Shown here: positions 50,377-61,952 of the stretch, one piece after another
Numbering within the stretch: the stretch's first letter is position 1
Layout: the number at the start of each line of letters is the position of its first letter
Source: Leptogorgia sarmentosa
Lineage: Eukaryota
DNA: 64,000 nucleotides
Assembly (NCBI GenBank): GCA_964658305.1
Contig: OZ210885.1
Span: forward strand, 21,824,001 to 21,888,000
Reading direction: 5' to 3'
Position numbers and translations under genes: made by a program
The notes under the pieces: generated by a model
Told to the model about the DNA's origin: nothing
Database searches by the model: none
The model's input: the letters and a program-made list of their open reading frames with translations, nothing else

Positions 50377-51612
50377 ATGGCGGACAATGAGAATTCTGTT
50401 CCGCCTGAGCAAATAGAATTTTTGAAGTGGTTGGAAGATAACAGGTTTTCCCAGTTTCGTGAAAATTTCTGTAGGAACAAAATCAACACACTGCAGAGGC
50501 TTTGCTTACTGAAATCTGAGGAGCAGCTTGCTCGAATTGGGATTGACAGCTTTGGTGACCAACTCGATTTACTAGATTGTATTTCCAAACTGAGAGCGTT
50601 ACAAAATGCTACGGAAGCAGTAGGACAGGGGCTGCCAAAATCAAACCCAACAAAACAAAAGCAATCTACCCTCAACTTTGGTCAGACTTCCAAACCGAAA
50701 ACAACACCGGACACAAAGGTGAGAAAACCCTATGACGAGTACATGTACAGGAATCCAAAGTGGCCAAAAACAAAGTTTTTTAACGAAATCACTCCAAAAC
50801 TTTATGACAATTACGGAAAGTTTTTGTCTGCACATCAACAGGCTAGCTATATAAGAAAAGAACGAGAAGCCAGGTGGCAACGACTACAAACTTTCGAGAA
50901 GTTTTCAGGCAAGTTTAATGCTATGTTCAATTCTGAATACTCAGGTGGTTATTTCAATTTTCTTGACAAACCAGCTATTCCTCGTCTGACCCATGTAGAT
51001 CACTGTGAAAAGGGAATTTGTAATACAAAACGTTTGAAAGATGAAATTGAAAAGGAAATAACAGAGAGCAAAGGCTTACTTGGCAACTGTTTTGGTTCTG
51101 ATATGAAGGCAAAAAAAAATATGAACGAACAAATTTCCAATTATCAAAGCCATTTGCAGAACCTCAGGCTGCTAGATGAGAAAGTGGGAGTGAATTTGCA
51201 AAAACTGGAGGCCACTTTGGCACATTTGAGGAAAGACTTTGTGCTTACAGTGCAAAGTAGGTCGAAATCAACTAACAGTAGAAAGAAAAAGGAGGGCAAA
51301 CACAAGGCCAGAGTTGCAAAACACAAAAGAGCAGTGAAAAGTGCCAAACAAATTCGACAACATGTGAAAATATCTGATTCTTTGCAGTGGACCAATAATG
51401 ATATCAACAGTATCGAATTGAATAAATTAAAAATAAAACATCACTTGTATGGACTGAAATACATTTTAGAAAATGATGATTTGGATCAAGGGGCAAGAAA
51501 TGTTTTGAGACAAAAACTAGAGGAGTGGCTCTGTGACTATACTGCGGCTGTCATCTCTGATGATGATGATGATGACGATGACGATGATGACAACGATGTA
51601 AATGACATCTGA
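50377..51612 (+). CDS. Accessory protein with N-terminal SAM-like domain, coiled coil, basic patch and poly-Asp tail (411 aa)
   Basis: FLKWLEDNRFSQFRENFCRNKINTLQRLCLLKSEEQLARIGIDSFGDQLDLLDCISKL matches the SAM pattern WL..L.L..Y...F....I....L..L....L..IGI...G....IL..I..L. Open ORF inside the TIRs. Confidence 0.75.
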   Translation: MADNENSVPPEQIEFLKWLEDNRFSQFRENFCRNKINTLQRLCLLKSEEQLARIGIDSFGDQLDLLDCISKLRALQNATEAVGQGLPKSNPTKQKQSTLNFGQTSKPKTTPDTKVRKPYDEYMYRNPKWPKTKFFNEITPKLYDNYGKFLSAHQQASYIRKEREARWQRLQTFEKFSGKFNAMFNSEYSGGYFNFLDKPAIPRLTHVDHCEKGICNTKRLKDEIEKEITESKGLLGNCFGSDMKAKKNMNEQISNYQSHLQNLRLLDEKVGVNLQKLEATLAHLRKDFVLTVQSRSKSTNSRKKKEGKHKARVAKHKRAVKSAKQIRQHVKISDSLQWTNNDINSIELNKLKIKHHLYGLKYILENDDLDQGARNVLRQKLEEWLCDYTAAVISDDDDDDDDDDDNDVNDI

Positions 51613-52591
51613 AGTGACATATCTCATTGATTTTATTATTAAATAGTATGAAACCAATGCTACATTGCATGCCCAAAGTCCAGATTTAAATTTAACAATT
51701 CATGTTTTAATATATGTCATTTTAAAAGTTTTAAATATGATGTATATATAAAATAGTAGTTCAAAGTTCATGCTATTTGAAAAGTTCACGGTGTTTCTTA
51801 TTTCAAGTTGGGGGGGGGGGGAGGTGGAGTTGTTAATAAAAGTTTAGATATGGTATGGGGGGGGGGGTTACTCAATTTTGAGGGGGGGTTTGCAAAAAAA
51901 TTACAAATCTACCTTTAAATTTTGCCAACCCCCCCTATGCTCTAATAAATGAAAGCCCCCTTAGTATAACCAGGTATGAGCCCCCCAGACAAAACTAAAA
52001 CTCTACACCTATGACGTGGAGGGAGAGGTTTGTTTTTTCTCGACGACCTATTTTTTCTCCACAAATCTGTATTTTTAAAATAGATAAAAAAAATATATTT
52101 TTATAATAAAAAGAAATATGGTTCTTACTTCAATAATGGTGGTAAGGGGGGCAGGGGCATAAATCACATTTCACAGAGAAAAAAAAGCCATTTTATGATA
52201 CATAAGCATTAATATTCATGATATAATAATATAAATAACGTATTTGAAAATAAAATTTCTATAGAATAGGTAATGAAAAAAAGGACTTGAAGTTCACATG
52301 CATTTCCGTTTGAGTTGAAGACTAATTCTCATATCACACCTTTACTTTAAAATGAAGTAAATTTAACATGCACATTCCTGCGAAACGCATCATATTACAT
52401 CAATGTTCAAAGTAAAAAAAAAGGCATTGATATTATTTGGTCCCCAGATGATATAGCTTCTGCTCATCTGTGTGCACATTCTCTTATATATATATACAGT
52501 ATATATGTATATATATATATATATATACGATAAAGTTTTGGTTAACGAAATGCCAAAAGAGTGCTCGATACCATATAGATAGAGCAAATAG

Positions 52592-52715
52592 TATAGTTTT
52601 GCCTCAAAAAGGTGCCACTACAGCCTGTTGCATCCAAGAGGTATCATCAGAGCCATCTGATGATTCCTCTTGGATGAAACAGGCTGTAGTGGCACCTTTT
52701 TGAGGCAAAACTATA
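52592..52715. repeat. Near-perfect palindrome containing a minimal hammerhead-ribozyme-like motif (Penelope-like footprint)
   Basis: ~59-bp inverted arms. The + strand at 52652-52693 reads GCCAT-CTGATGA-TTCCTCTTGGAT-GAAA-CAGGCTG-TA-GTGGC. Confidence 0.6.
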
Positions 52716-52739
52716 TACATATACATATATATATATATA

Positions 52740-53360
52740 CCGGGTGTCCCAAAAAAAAGTACTCCGGTTTGATTCGTAATAACTCACAGTAGATAGAGGG
52801 GAGTCTAACTTAGATTTTGATCTATTACACTTGTATTTTACTTTGACATCGACGGAGATATTAATGTTCAAAATGAAGAGCATATTTCTGGATGTCTGTA
52901 AAATATGCAAAAAATGGCGTATCAAATAATTAACTAAGCGTTATTCAAATAGTTCATTTAGTTGGGGCAGGAATATTACCCCAACGACCCATCTTCTTCG
53001 AACTTCTGCTGCATTTCCACATGTTCCATGCTCCAAGCATACCCAAACTCTTTGATCTTTATTTAATCTTGGCATGTTTAAAAGAAACTCGGGATGAAAC
53101 ACAATCAAACCATAACTCCATGCATAAGACATAATTATAACTCCCCTGGGACATCCAACATTTTGGGGAAAAATGTTTCACAAATGCTGTAATGTTAATT
53201 TGCAAAAATTCTCTAAACTATGCCTATATCACTTACAAACCTGAGTAATAATTTATAGACATATAAGTCACCCCAATGTCAAGTTGAGTAAAGCTTGATC
53301 AATTTTGATACCGCGTTTTTGGTATATTTTCGACACATCCGAAAGTATGCTACCGATTTT
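52740..53360 (-). mobile_element. IS630/Tc1/mariner-type remnant
   Basis: TA followed by a CCGGGTGTCCCAAAAAAAAG terminus after a TA run. N-terminal HTH-like fragment MPRLNKDQRVWVCLE...AAEVRRRW. Confidence 0.5.
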
Positions 53361-56204
53361 GAAGGTGTCCAGTCAACTCGGCCCACGTATAAGTCAATCG
53401 GCCCAGTACGTTAACCAACTCGGCCCATGGTTGGATAAAGAAAAACAACCATTATATATTTATATTACATAAATAGGAATCCAACATGAAAATACTAACA
53501 GAATTGAGTGTTTGGATTGCTTTTGTGGGAAATTGTATTCGTAATATGTGTAATCTAAAAGTGATCGCTAATTGAATCGCTAAGTCAGAGATAAACACGG
53601 TGATTAATTTTTACAACGGATGAATGAAACAATTCCCAGAACGGTGATTAATTTCTGACACTAGAGAATGAAACAATACACAGCTTACAAGGTTTCAAAT
53701 TTAGTTATTCAAGTTTTTATAAATAGAAAAATGACTCAATCCCAGAATTACTCATCCTTCACATGTGTATGTAATGATTTAGAGTCAGACAAATTAATAC
53801 AATTTAATAAAATTTGCTTCAATTCACCTGAATCCACAAAGCATAAAGCGACAATACATGTAAAGTTGGCCACCAAGCCTTTCCTTATGCATAAGGCTAA
53901 GTGAAATAATCTATTTTGTGATATTCACCTAATTTACTATATTTTGATTTGTTGATTTATATCAATGCAAACCACTTCAAACGCATTTGGAGTGTTTTTT
54001 AATGATTTTTTACTGTTTTTTAGTGTTTTAAAAATTAAAACAATTCAATCAAGGTTGCATGTTGTACTATACTGCTGTATATACGTATGTGGTTATATGT
54101 ATATTAACCTCGCTATTAACTATAGTTTTAGTGGTGTCTGTTGGGTTATTTGTCATTAACTATATTATTTCGTACCAAGATTAGTCAAACTACAGGACGG
54201 AAAATTTCATCAATATATCATTGTTAACAATAGCCATCACATTAATCACTTTTTTACAATAGACAATGGTTCCCAAAAATGCATGCAATGTTACAAAAGC
54301 CATTTGTCTGTTCATATGTAAATTTGTATTTGTTTTTCTGCAATCCTTTCACTTTATTAGTCCTAGCTGTTTTTTTAAAAAAACATAAAACCATACTCAT
54401 AATACTCAAAACCATATTACCTACACAAATTTTTTGAAAATATATAGTTCTACTGATTCGGAGGTTTTATGTACACAAAACAGCTATATAGGTAACATTT
54501 ACTATATATGTATAAGGTAAGGTAAGTTTGTTCTTTTACTGTGATATTGTAGCAGTCTTGAATACATGTTTTTGTCTAATTATAATTTTGTCTTTGACTA
54601 TAAATATTGATTTTCATTGCTGCAATTTATTTCCGCATCGGTCATTCTTCTATTGCATTTTGTTCCTTAACCATTTGTTCCGGTGCTATTTTTTCCTGAA
54701 TTCACGACCATGATTCACCTCAAAAAAATTTTAATGACCTATATCAATGTTGCCATTCTTGAATTTTCACTTCCTATTTATAGGAAACAAATTCAAAAGA
54801 CTATTGTCTATTGAATATGCACCAAAAAGATAAACACGTTCTTCCTATGCATCATTAAATACTAAATAGCTTGGTAGAAGCATATAAAATACGTGCATGA
54901 AAAAAAAACATTCACTCACTGGCAGCCGCTGCTATAGAGAACAAAGCTGTAGAACCGTCAATTTTGGTTTGCGATCACCGTTTTTTTATAATGTCTGCGC
55001 AAGATCAATGTATTCGCTGTAAGGAACCTGTGAGAGCTCGGCAGGAAGGTTTGCTGTGCGATGGATGCGAGAGATGGCAGCACAGAACCTGTGGTAGTGG
55101 GATCACGCGAGATGATTATCACACATCGGTAAAATGTGGCCGAGACATTGATTGGCGCTGCAAGGACTGCAAAAATATGAGCGCAGGATTCCTCGTACCA
55201 ATTAGGTGAGTATAGTTTCATTCCACATTACATTGCATACAGCTAATCGTATTTGACTGTTAGGTATTAAACAGGTGTTCTAGGTACATAAGGCATAGGT
55301 ACAGCAGCAAAGGTAAAAAAAAACATGTTCTTGTTTCGAATGTAATATCAATTAACAAGTCATATATTCTGTACTGTATAGATAAATAATAAATGTTGTC
55401 GTTTTTGTTAACCATTTTGGTAGATTATCAGCGAAGTGAAGGCGAAGGCAATGCAAGACTACTTTCGATCTGCAGGGGCTATTGCTGATGAAGTGTTAGT
55501 TGCGCGTTTAACCGATGCCCCATGTGCTGCCGTTCTAAAAGCCTGCAATCTTGCTAGACAAGGAAACAGGAAACGACAAAAGACCAGACCTCAAGATCCG
55601 ACTGATTTGGAGTTCGAGGTAGATGAACGTCATATACCAGACAATTTTCTTCAAGCGGATGTGAAGATCCGAGATCGACGCCATCTTGTATTCGGCACTC
55701 CAGAAATTATTTCTCTCCTTAAGAAAGCAAAAGTGTGGTATATGGATGCCACTTTCAAAGTTGTTAAAGCTCCTTTTAAACAACTCTTCTCTATTCATGC
55801 TTTTGTGAGACAAAACAACGATGTTAAGCAGGTAGGATTTTTTAAATAGTTTCGATTAAAGTGCTACTAGCATCAAAATTCATTTTCATGTGTGCAATAT
55901 TTGGGATATTCTAGGTAGAAATTAAAATATCTTTATAAAGAAAAACGTCTTCTTCATCAACTTGTCCGTCTTATAAATATTTTTACCAATTGCAACCCCA
56001 TCTTTCGTGTTTTTTTTAACAGGTACCTTAAGCATTTGCCTTGATGTCTGGCAAGAGCAGACATGATTATCGTGCTGTATTGCAGGCAATTGAAAACCTG
56101 CTTGCAGATAGCATGTGCTTGAATAGCTATGGCAAGCCGTTTGTAGCAATATTCAACCAGTTATATATTTTGTTATTCAACCCACATTTCAACCTTCATC
56201 GACG

Positions 56205-56430
56205 AGCATTCAACCAAAATTATCGAGCATTCAACCAAAAAATTCGACATTCAACAAAAATATTCAACGTTCAACAAAAATATTCAACGTTCAACAAAAA
56301 TATTCAACGTTCAACAAAAATATTCAACGTTCAACAAAAATATTCAACGTTCAACTACTTCAACAAAAATATTCAACGTTCAACTACTTCAACAAAAAAT
56401 TAAACATTCAACAAAAAAATAATTCAACCA
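56205..56430. repeat. 20-bp subterminal tandem array (TTCAACAAAAATATTCAACG)n, left
   Basis: Direct head-to-tail copies with no unique spacers. Confidence 0.95.
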
Positions 56431-56589
56431 ATTAATTAAAAACTGTCACGCATCGCACTCACACTCCTCCCCAGGCCGCTATTTTTAAGAGCATTTTAAA
56501 CCCATGTTTAAAACCCCACATTTCAAAAGTGGAAGCACTGACTTTGGCGCACTGCGCAAAAATATACAAATTTCTAAGCACATGCGAAA

Positions 56590-59343
56590 ATGGCGGAGGA
56601 TAAGAGCGATCTTCACGAACTCTCACAATGTTTAAGTCAGGCAAGTAGCCTAATCAACGCGATCTTAAAACAACCAGAACGTACACCACAATCAATACAA
56701 AATGAACGAAGGCAGCGAGAATTTGACAATGACACATGCGACATGAATAATGAAGCTCTTAGACATAACGCAGAGAGCGAAAATCGTCCATCTTCTGGCG
56801 AGGCTTCGACCAGTCAGCATGTCAGTGTAGTAAGTTCAGCCGTTAATAGGGCGCGATTGATGATCCAACAATCGTCATGCAAAGGTTTGTATTCGCGATT
56901 AGGAAGAGAACGACTGAGGGCAACAAAGCCGCTTTTAAAGCCAGTAGATAACAAATCAAAGAAGCCTCGTGTTGTAGTTAACGAGAAGCCAAAAGTGTTT
57001 GAGTTCGTACTTCTTCAAACAGAAGAAAGCGACGATAAAGGAGTACTAGTTTTCGAAGAAAACATGGTTGCCCTTCGTGGTTTTATCAACATCACAAAAG
57101 ACGCGAGTGAGAAAGTCATCCGTGGTAAACTTGGAGAGGCAATAAGGATAAAGTTTCCCATGGTGACTGACACGGATTTCGACTTTGTGCGAGCCAATCG
57201 TCGAAGAATCACTAAACCAGTTAGTGTTGGCGAATATAACTTCAATCAAATAAAATTGCTTGCTGGACAAGGCTGCATATACCTAAAGATGAGGGATGGT
57301 CTTGACTGTATGCTGGTGGACGATGCAATCGATGAGGAATTTGATTTTGAGAAGAAAGGTATGCGAGGTTCCAAATAAAGCCCTTTTGTGTACCATACTT
57401 ACGTAATCAGGCATTTAGGTAATAAGTCAATAGTGGAGCTTGTTGTCAGGTGCAATTGTGTGCAACTTAACTGAATAAGTTATTTGAATTTCACATAACA
57501 TTATATTTGCAGCCACAGGAAGCCTAATAGAAGTCCTCAGAATTTTTTTAATTCTGTATGATTTACAGGGGGCGTTAACTCTTCCCCCTCTCCCACCACC
57601 CACTTGGAAGTGCCTATCTGAAGCAATTTCATTCCAGCATTACACATACTGTATGATCATAAGGTACCAGTATCAGTGGTGTAGGAAGATTGATAATTAG
57701 GGGGCCCTGGTCAACCTTTCCAAACTAACATGAAATTTCAGTCATTTTTGTTTACTTTTTTATTGAGCTAAAAAATATTTGATGGTTACAATACTGTATA
57801 TGTAAACAAATAAGATTTATTGGAGTATAATGAACAATTATTTGGTAAGATTGAAGACAATTGAATCCAATTACTGTGACTTACTGGACAATTTTTAATG
57901 TCATTATTGGTAGCATGACATTGGGAATTGTCTGTAAATAATTAACCAAATTGTTTATACTGTTTTGTTATACACCCCAAAAAGGTGGGGCTTAAGCCCA
58001 CCCTATGCAAGTGCTCTACTGCATCTAATTTTCTTTTCCCAAATATATTGACAGAACAAACTGCCAAGATTACCAAAAATGCATCTGATCCTATACACTA
58101 TGATGGTGACCAACAAATAGAAAGTATCTGTGGTATAGCAACTCCACCTACACCATCACATGGACAAACATCTGCATTTTTATCAACACCAGCTATGCTG
58201 CCAGATATTCCTTTCATTACACAAGCACCTGTACCTTCAACTATACTTCCATCTACCCCTCTGACTTCGCTCGCACCTACACCTGCATCTACATCTTCAG
58301 TTACACCTGCAACTACCTCTACATCTACACCTTCAGTTACACCTGCAACTACCCTTAGACATTCAGTTTCTCAAGCCGTAAGTGAATGTATCACATATTG
58401 CAAGGAACAAAACGTTTATGATCCAACTGAAATATTACGTTGTGCCCAGAAATTCCTAGTTAAAGGGAAGCCATTAAATGGTTTTAGAGGCAGGTCTATT
58501 GATGATGAAAGAACAAATTTTATCCTGATTAATCGACAAAATGTTCTTGGTACAGCAATGGAAGAAATACCGTGCATAGAAGATGTTCAGCTGACTCTTG
58601 AGGTGTCTTTCTACGGCGAAAACGCCCAAGATGCTGGTGGTCCTAGAAAAGAGTTCTTCAGGTTGTGCCTTCAAGAAATAAAGAAAACATACTTTGATAA
58701 TGGCCTTAAAGAACATCTATCAGAGGATTACCAAATAATTGGTCTCATCATGGCCCTCAGTGTATTGCAGAATGGCAAAATGCCTAGGTTTCTTGATGAA
58801 GATCAACTTCAAGCAGTTTTGGGCGATGGCAAAACCAGTTCAAAATGCTTGACTAACCTATCACAAGGCCTCAACAAGCTAGGTTTGGGCGAAATTGCTA
58901 AAAATCTACCAATGTTCCTGCATCTTTTCAGACCACCCAGTTGTGGTTTACTTACCAGGAGGAAACTGGTGCATCTCCTCAAACCCGAGTTTTCGGAAGA
59001 TGGATGTAATCAGCGACAGCACGAAAACATAGTCTACACAGCTTTTTCGACATACTGCAGAGAAGCAGCTGGCGGTAAGAGAGGTAATGTTACTCTTGAA
59101 CATATACTGCAATTTACAACTGCGACAGATGAAGAACCTGTACTTGGCTTTGCGGATGAACCATCTATACACTTTGTTCCATCTGCTTCTTCAGCAAAAT
59201 GGTCATTCATACCTACTGCAAACACTTGTGCAAATACACTTTATTTGCCTTGCCCAGGTCATGATGTATCACTTCCAGTTGAAAATATGCTTTTTGAAGT
59301 TTATGACATGGCATTTTCCAATGCTTATTTTGGAAATGCCTGA
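56590..59343 (+). CDS. HECT E3 ubiquitin ligase cargo D (G2E3-like HECT), intact; exons 56590-57358 and 58055-59343, 685 aa
   Basis: Phase-1 GT-AG intron joins in frame (G|AA). Motifs INRQNVL, FYGENAQDAGGPRKEFF, LQFTTATDEEPVLGF, PTANTCANTLYLP (catalytic Cys), YFGNA. Pro/Thr/Ser-rich linker. Confidence 0.88.
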
Positions 59344-59867
59344 ACTATTATTGATTGCACATGGATATACATATTTTGTCCAATTATTGATTGTTATAGA
59401 ACTCTATGGAGGCACTCTTATGTAACAGTAGTTAAACTTGTTATTTAAGTTTTTATGTGGACTCTGAAAACAATCTTAGGCTGTAGTAGCTACCTAGGTG
59501 GTGATTTAAGAAACACTTATTGTTATCTTAATTGTTCAATAGGAATAGGTAATGTTAATATTTTGTTTAAACTGAAGTCAGCGATACCAGAACCACAAGT
59601 GCAGCATGTGTTGCATGTACATGTGCTACCTTTCCTTGCTGCAGTGTGTGCAACAAAAAGAACAAGTTCAAAACAAACATATTACTCCTGTTATAAACCC
59701 ATAAATTAATCATAAATATGAATATTTTTCCAGAATTTAGTATAGGTCGACTCCGGCATCCATGGCTGAAATGTTTCATAATTCCAGGCTAGCATGGACA
59801 TATGTTAGGAATATGGATATGGTAAATGCAGATGTAATTTGAATTTTTTGTGCTTGTTAAAATCATT

Positions 59868-61408
59868 TTAAGTTTGGACAATCATATTTTGCAATAGGTT
59901 TAGAGCTTCTTCATAAATGTCAATTCCCATTTCGTATGAATGTGCTAAAGGGTCTATAGCCTGTAAAACTTCTGACTGTATTTCTTCACCATTTTCTATG
60001 TCTGCAGGATGAACAATAACATTATTGTCACTTTCTTCGAATGGGTTAGGCCCATTTGGATCATACCCATAAAATTCTGCATTATCAGGAAGTGGTTCTG
60101 GTTGTCCAGTTAGCAATGGGTTATTGGGATTTAATATGCCATTTACCCACACTTGGTATGGAGACGAATTTTGTGGTGGTTAAAAGCTTCCATAAACTCC
60201 TGGAGGGCTACATTGATTCTAGGCAGAAAAACCATGTGCAATGCAAACATTTGAAGTGGATTTGTAGTATTGAGGATTCCAGAATCTTCCATTGCATAAA
60301 ATACATAATAGAAGTAGTGGCTAACAACACGAAACACATGCCAAAGTCGTTCAATTCGCTGATTGTGTGTTGATGGCCCGGCAATAAAACTGGCTCTACC
60401 TTCACCTTGTTTCTCAACCATTGCTTCACATACGAGTACATTTTCTACACCTTGATCAACCCGAATACGGGATGGCCATAGTCCTCCATCTTTCTCAATA
60501 GCATCGAGGAACAAGGCTAACACTGTGCTAGAGAGATTGTTTGAGCTACAGTGAAGATAAATTATTCTCCTTGAGAAGCCATCAATGCAGCCATGTATGA
60601 CTAAGCCCCATCTAATTAACGAATGGTGTCCATCAAGATGCCACAGGGAGTTAGGCCATGGAACTTGATACCTTCTTCGATAAACAGCAGCTCCCCATCT
60701 CAATGCGGAATTTGCTGGGTCAATTCTGGCTATACTATCACGAACTCTTGTTCTCTGCACATGTATACCAAGAGAATAAAGATATCCCATTATCAACACC
60801 TGCCCAGTTGTTCTCCCATGACGACTTGCATAATCTCCAATTATTCGATCTAATTCTGCATCGGGTAAATCAGTAAATTCACTTAAATGTTGCAAATTGA
60901 ATTGATGTATTCGTCTGTAAATTGTCCATCTGGACACACCACAAATCTTCGCAATTCTTTCTTTAGAAAAGCCTAAACACAAAAGATCTTCTAACATTTC
61001 AGGTTGTATGTTAAATGCAGGTCTTCCCGGTCTCCCAGTGCTCTCGGCATTGCATTTCTGCGTAGTCAGCGTTGTCGGCCTACGAGCAAGTTCCGACATA
61101 TGTCTATGTAAACTTTGTAATATTAGTTCAAAGCAGCTTTCAACTGTGTGCCATTCTTGCTTGTCAACCTCATCAACCTCTTGGATTATCAATCGCAAAA
61201 GGCTTATGGTTCGATCAAGTACAACCAGACATGTCTGCATTTCATTAATATTTGTACTGCCTGGGCTGATCATACTCTCTGCACGGTCAACAACTGAATT
61301 TAAAAACAAAGGTAATTCTTCTTCGATGTCAAAATTATCAATCTCTACTTCAAAATCTTCATTTTCATGGACAGGCATTTCAATCGGTATTTCAGTCAAA
61401 GCCGCCAT
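59868..61408 (-). pseudogene. IS3EU-like transposase D copy 1, intronless, frameshift near C-terminus
   Basis: GRPAFNI, HTH (IAKICGVSRWTIYRR), [37 protein letters not shown]. Deletion/frameshift between HHKIR and SPYQVWVNG. Confidence 0.92.
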
Positions 61409-61952
61409 ATTTGATGCGTCTGAAAATAGTGACCTGATGGGGAGTAGGGAGGAAAGAGTGAGAATTTTAATTCGTTGAATTTTTTCTGTTGAATATTTTT
61501 GTTGAACATTGAATGTTTTTGTTGAACGTTGAATATTTTTGTTGAACGAAGAAGAAGAATTACCTTTGTAGTAGCTACCTAGGTGGTGATTTAAGAAACA
61601 CTTATTGTTATCTTAATTGTTCAATAGGAATAGGTAATGTTAATATTTTGTTTAAACTGAAGTCAGCGATACCAGAACCACAAGTGCAGCATGTGTTGCA
61701 TGTACATGTGCTACCTTTCCTTGCTGCAGTGTGTGCAACAAAAAGAACAAGTTCAAAACAAACATATTACTCCTGTTATAAACCCATAAATTAATCATAA
61801 ATATGAATATTTTTCCAGAATTTAGTATAGGTCGACTCCGGCATCCATGGCTGAAATGTTTCATAATTCCAGGCTAGCATGGACATATGTTAGGAATATG
61901 GATATGGTAAATGCAGATGTAATTTGAATTTTTTGTGCTTGTTAAAATCATT

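Larger units (their letters stand above)
46266..51960 (-). mobile_element. Zator-like DNA transposon with two divergent ORFs, apparently intact
   Basis: ~43-bp TIR GGGGGCTTT(A/C)ATTTATTAGAGCATAGGGGGGGTTGGCAAAATT. TTA TSD at 46263-46265 and 51961-51963. GG..CC termini with a TWA TSD fit Zator. Confidence 0.8.
43701..52013 (+). mobile_element. hAT DNA transposon with a nested Zator-like element
   Basis: 15-bp TIR CATAGG(C/T)GTAGAGTT. 8-bp TSD ATGTGGAG (43693-43700) / ACGTGGAG (52014-52021), one mismatch. Confidence 0.92.
42880..52447. repeat. Long inverted repeats (~42930-43350 vs ~52235-52447) of a non-autonomous element hosting the hAT/Zator nest
   Basis: Blocks ctggggacc...tttgaacattgatgtaatatgatgcgtttcg and taaagtaaaggtgtgatatgagaattagtc... 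recur as reverse complements at 52235-52447. Local duplication of ~42880 at ~43250. Confidence 0.7.

Noticed and set aside
56205..56430. Regular short repeats resembling a CRISPR array (also 30298-30440 and 63560-63735)
   Set aside because: Head-to-tail units with no unique spacers and no cas genes. They are subterminal repeats of transposons.
56590..59343. Host G2E3 orthologue
   Set aside because: Lacks the N-terminal PHD/RING fingers of G2E3 and lies within TIRs and a TSD.
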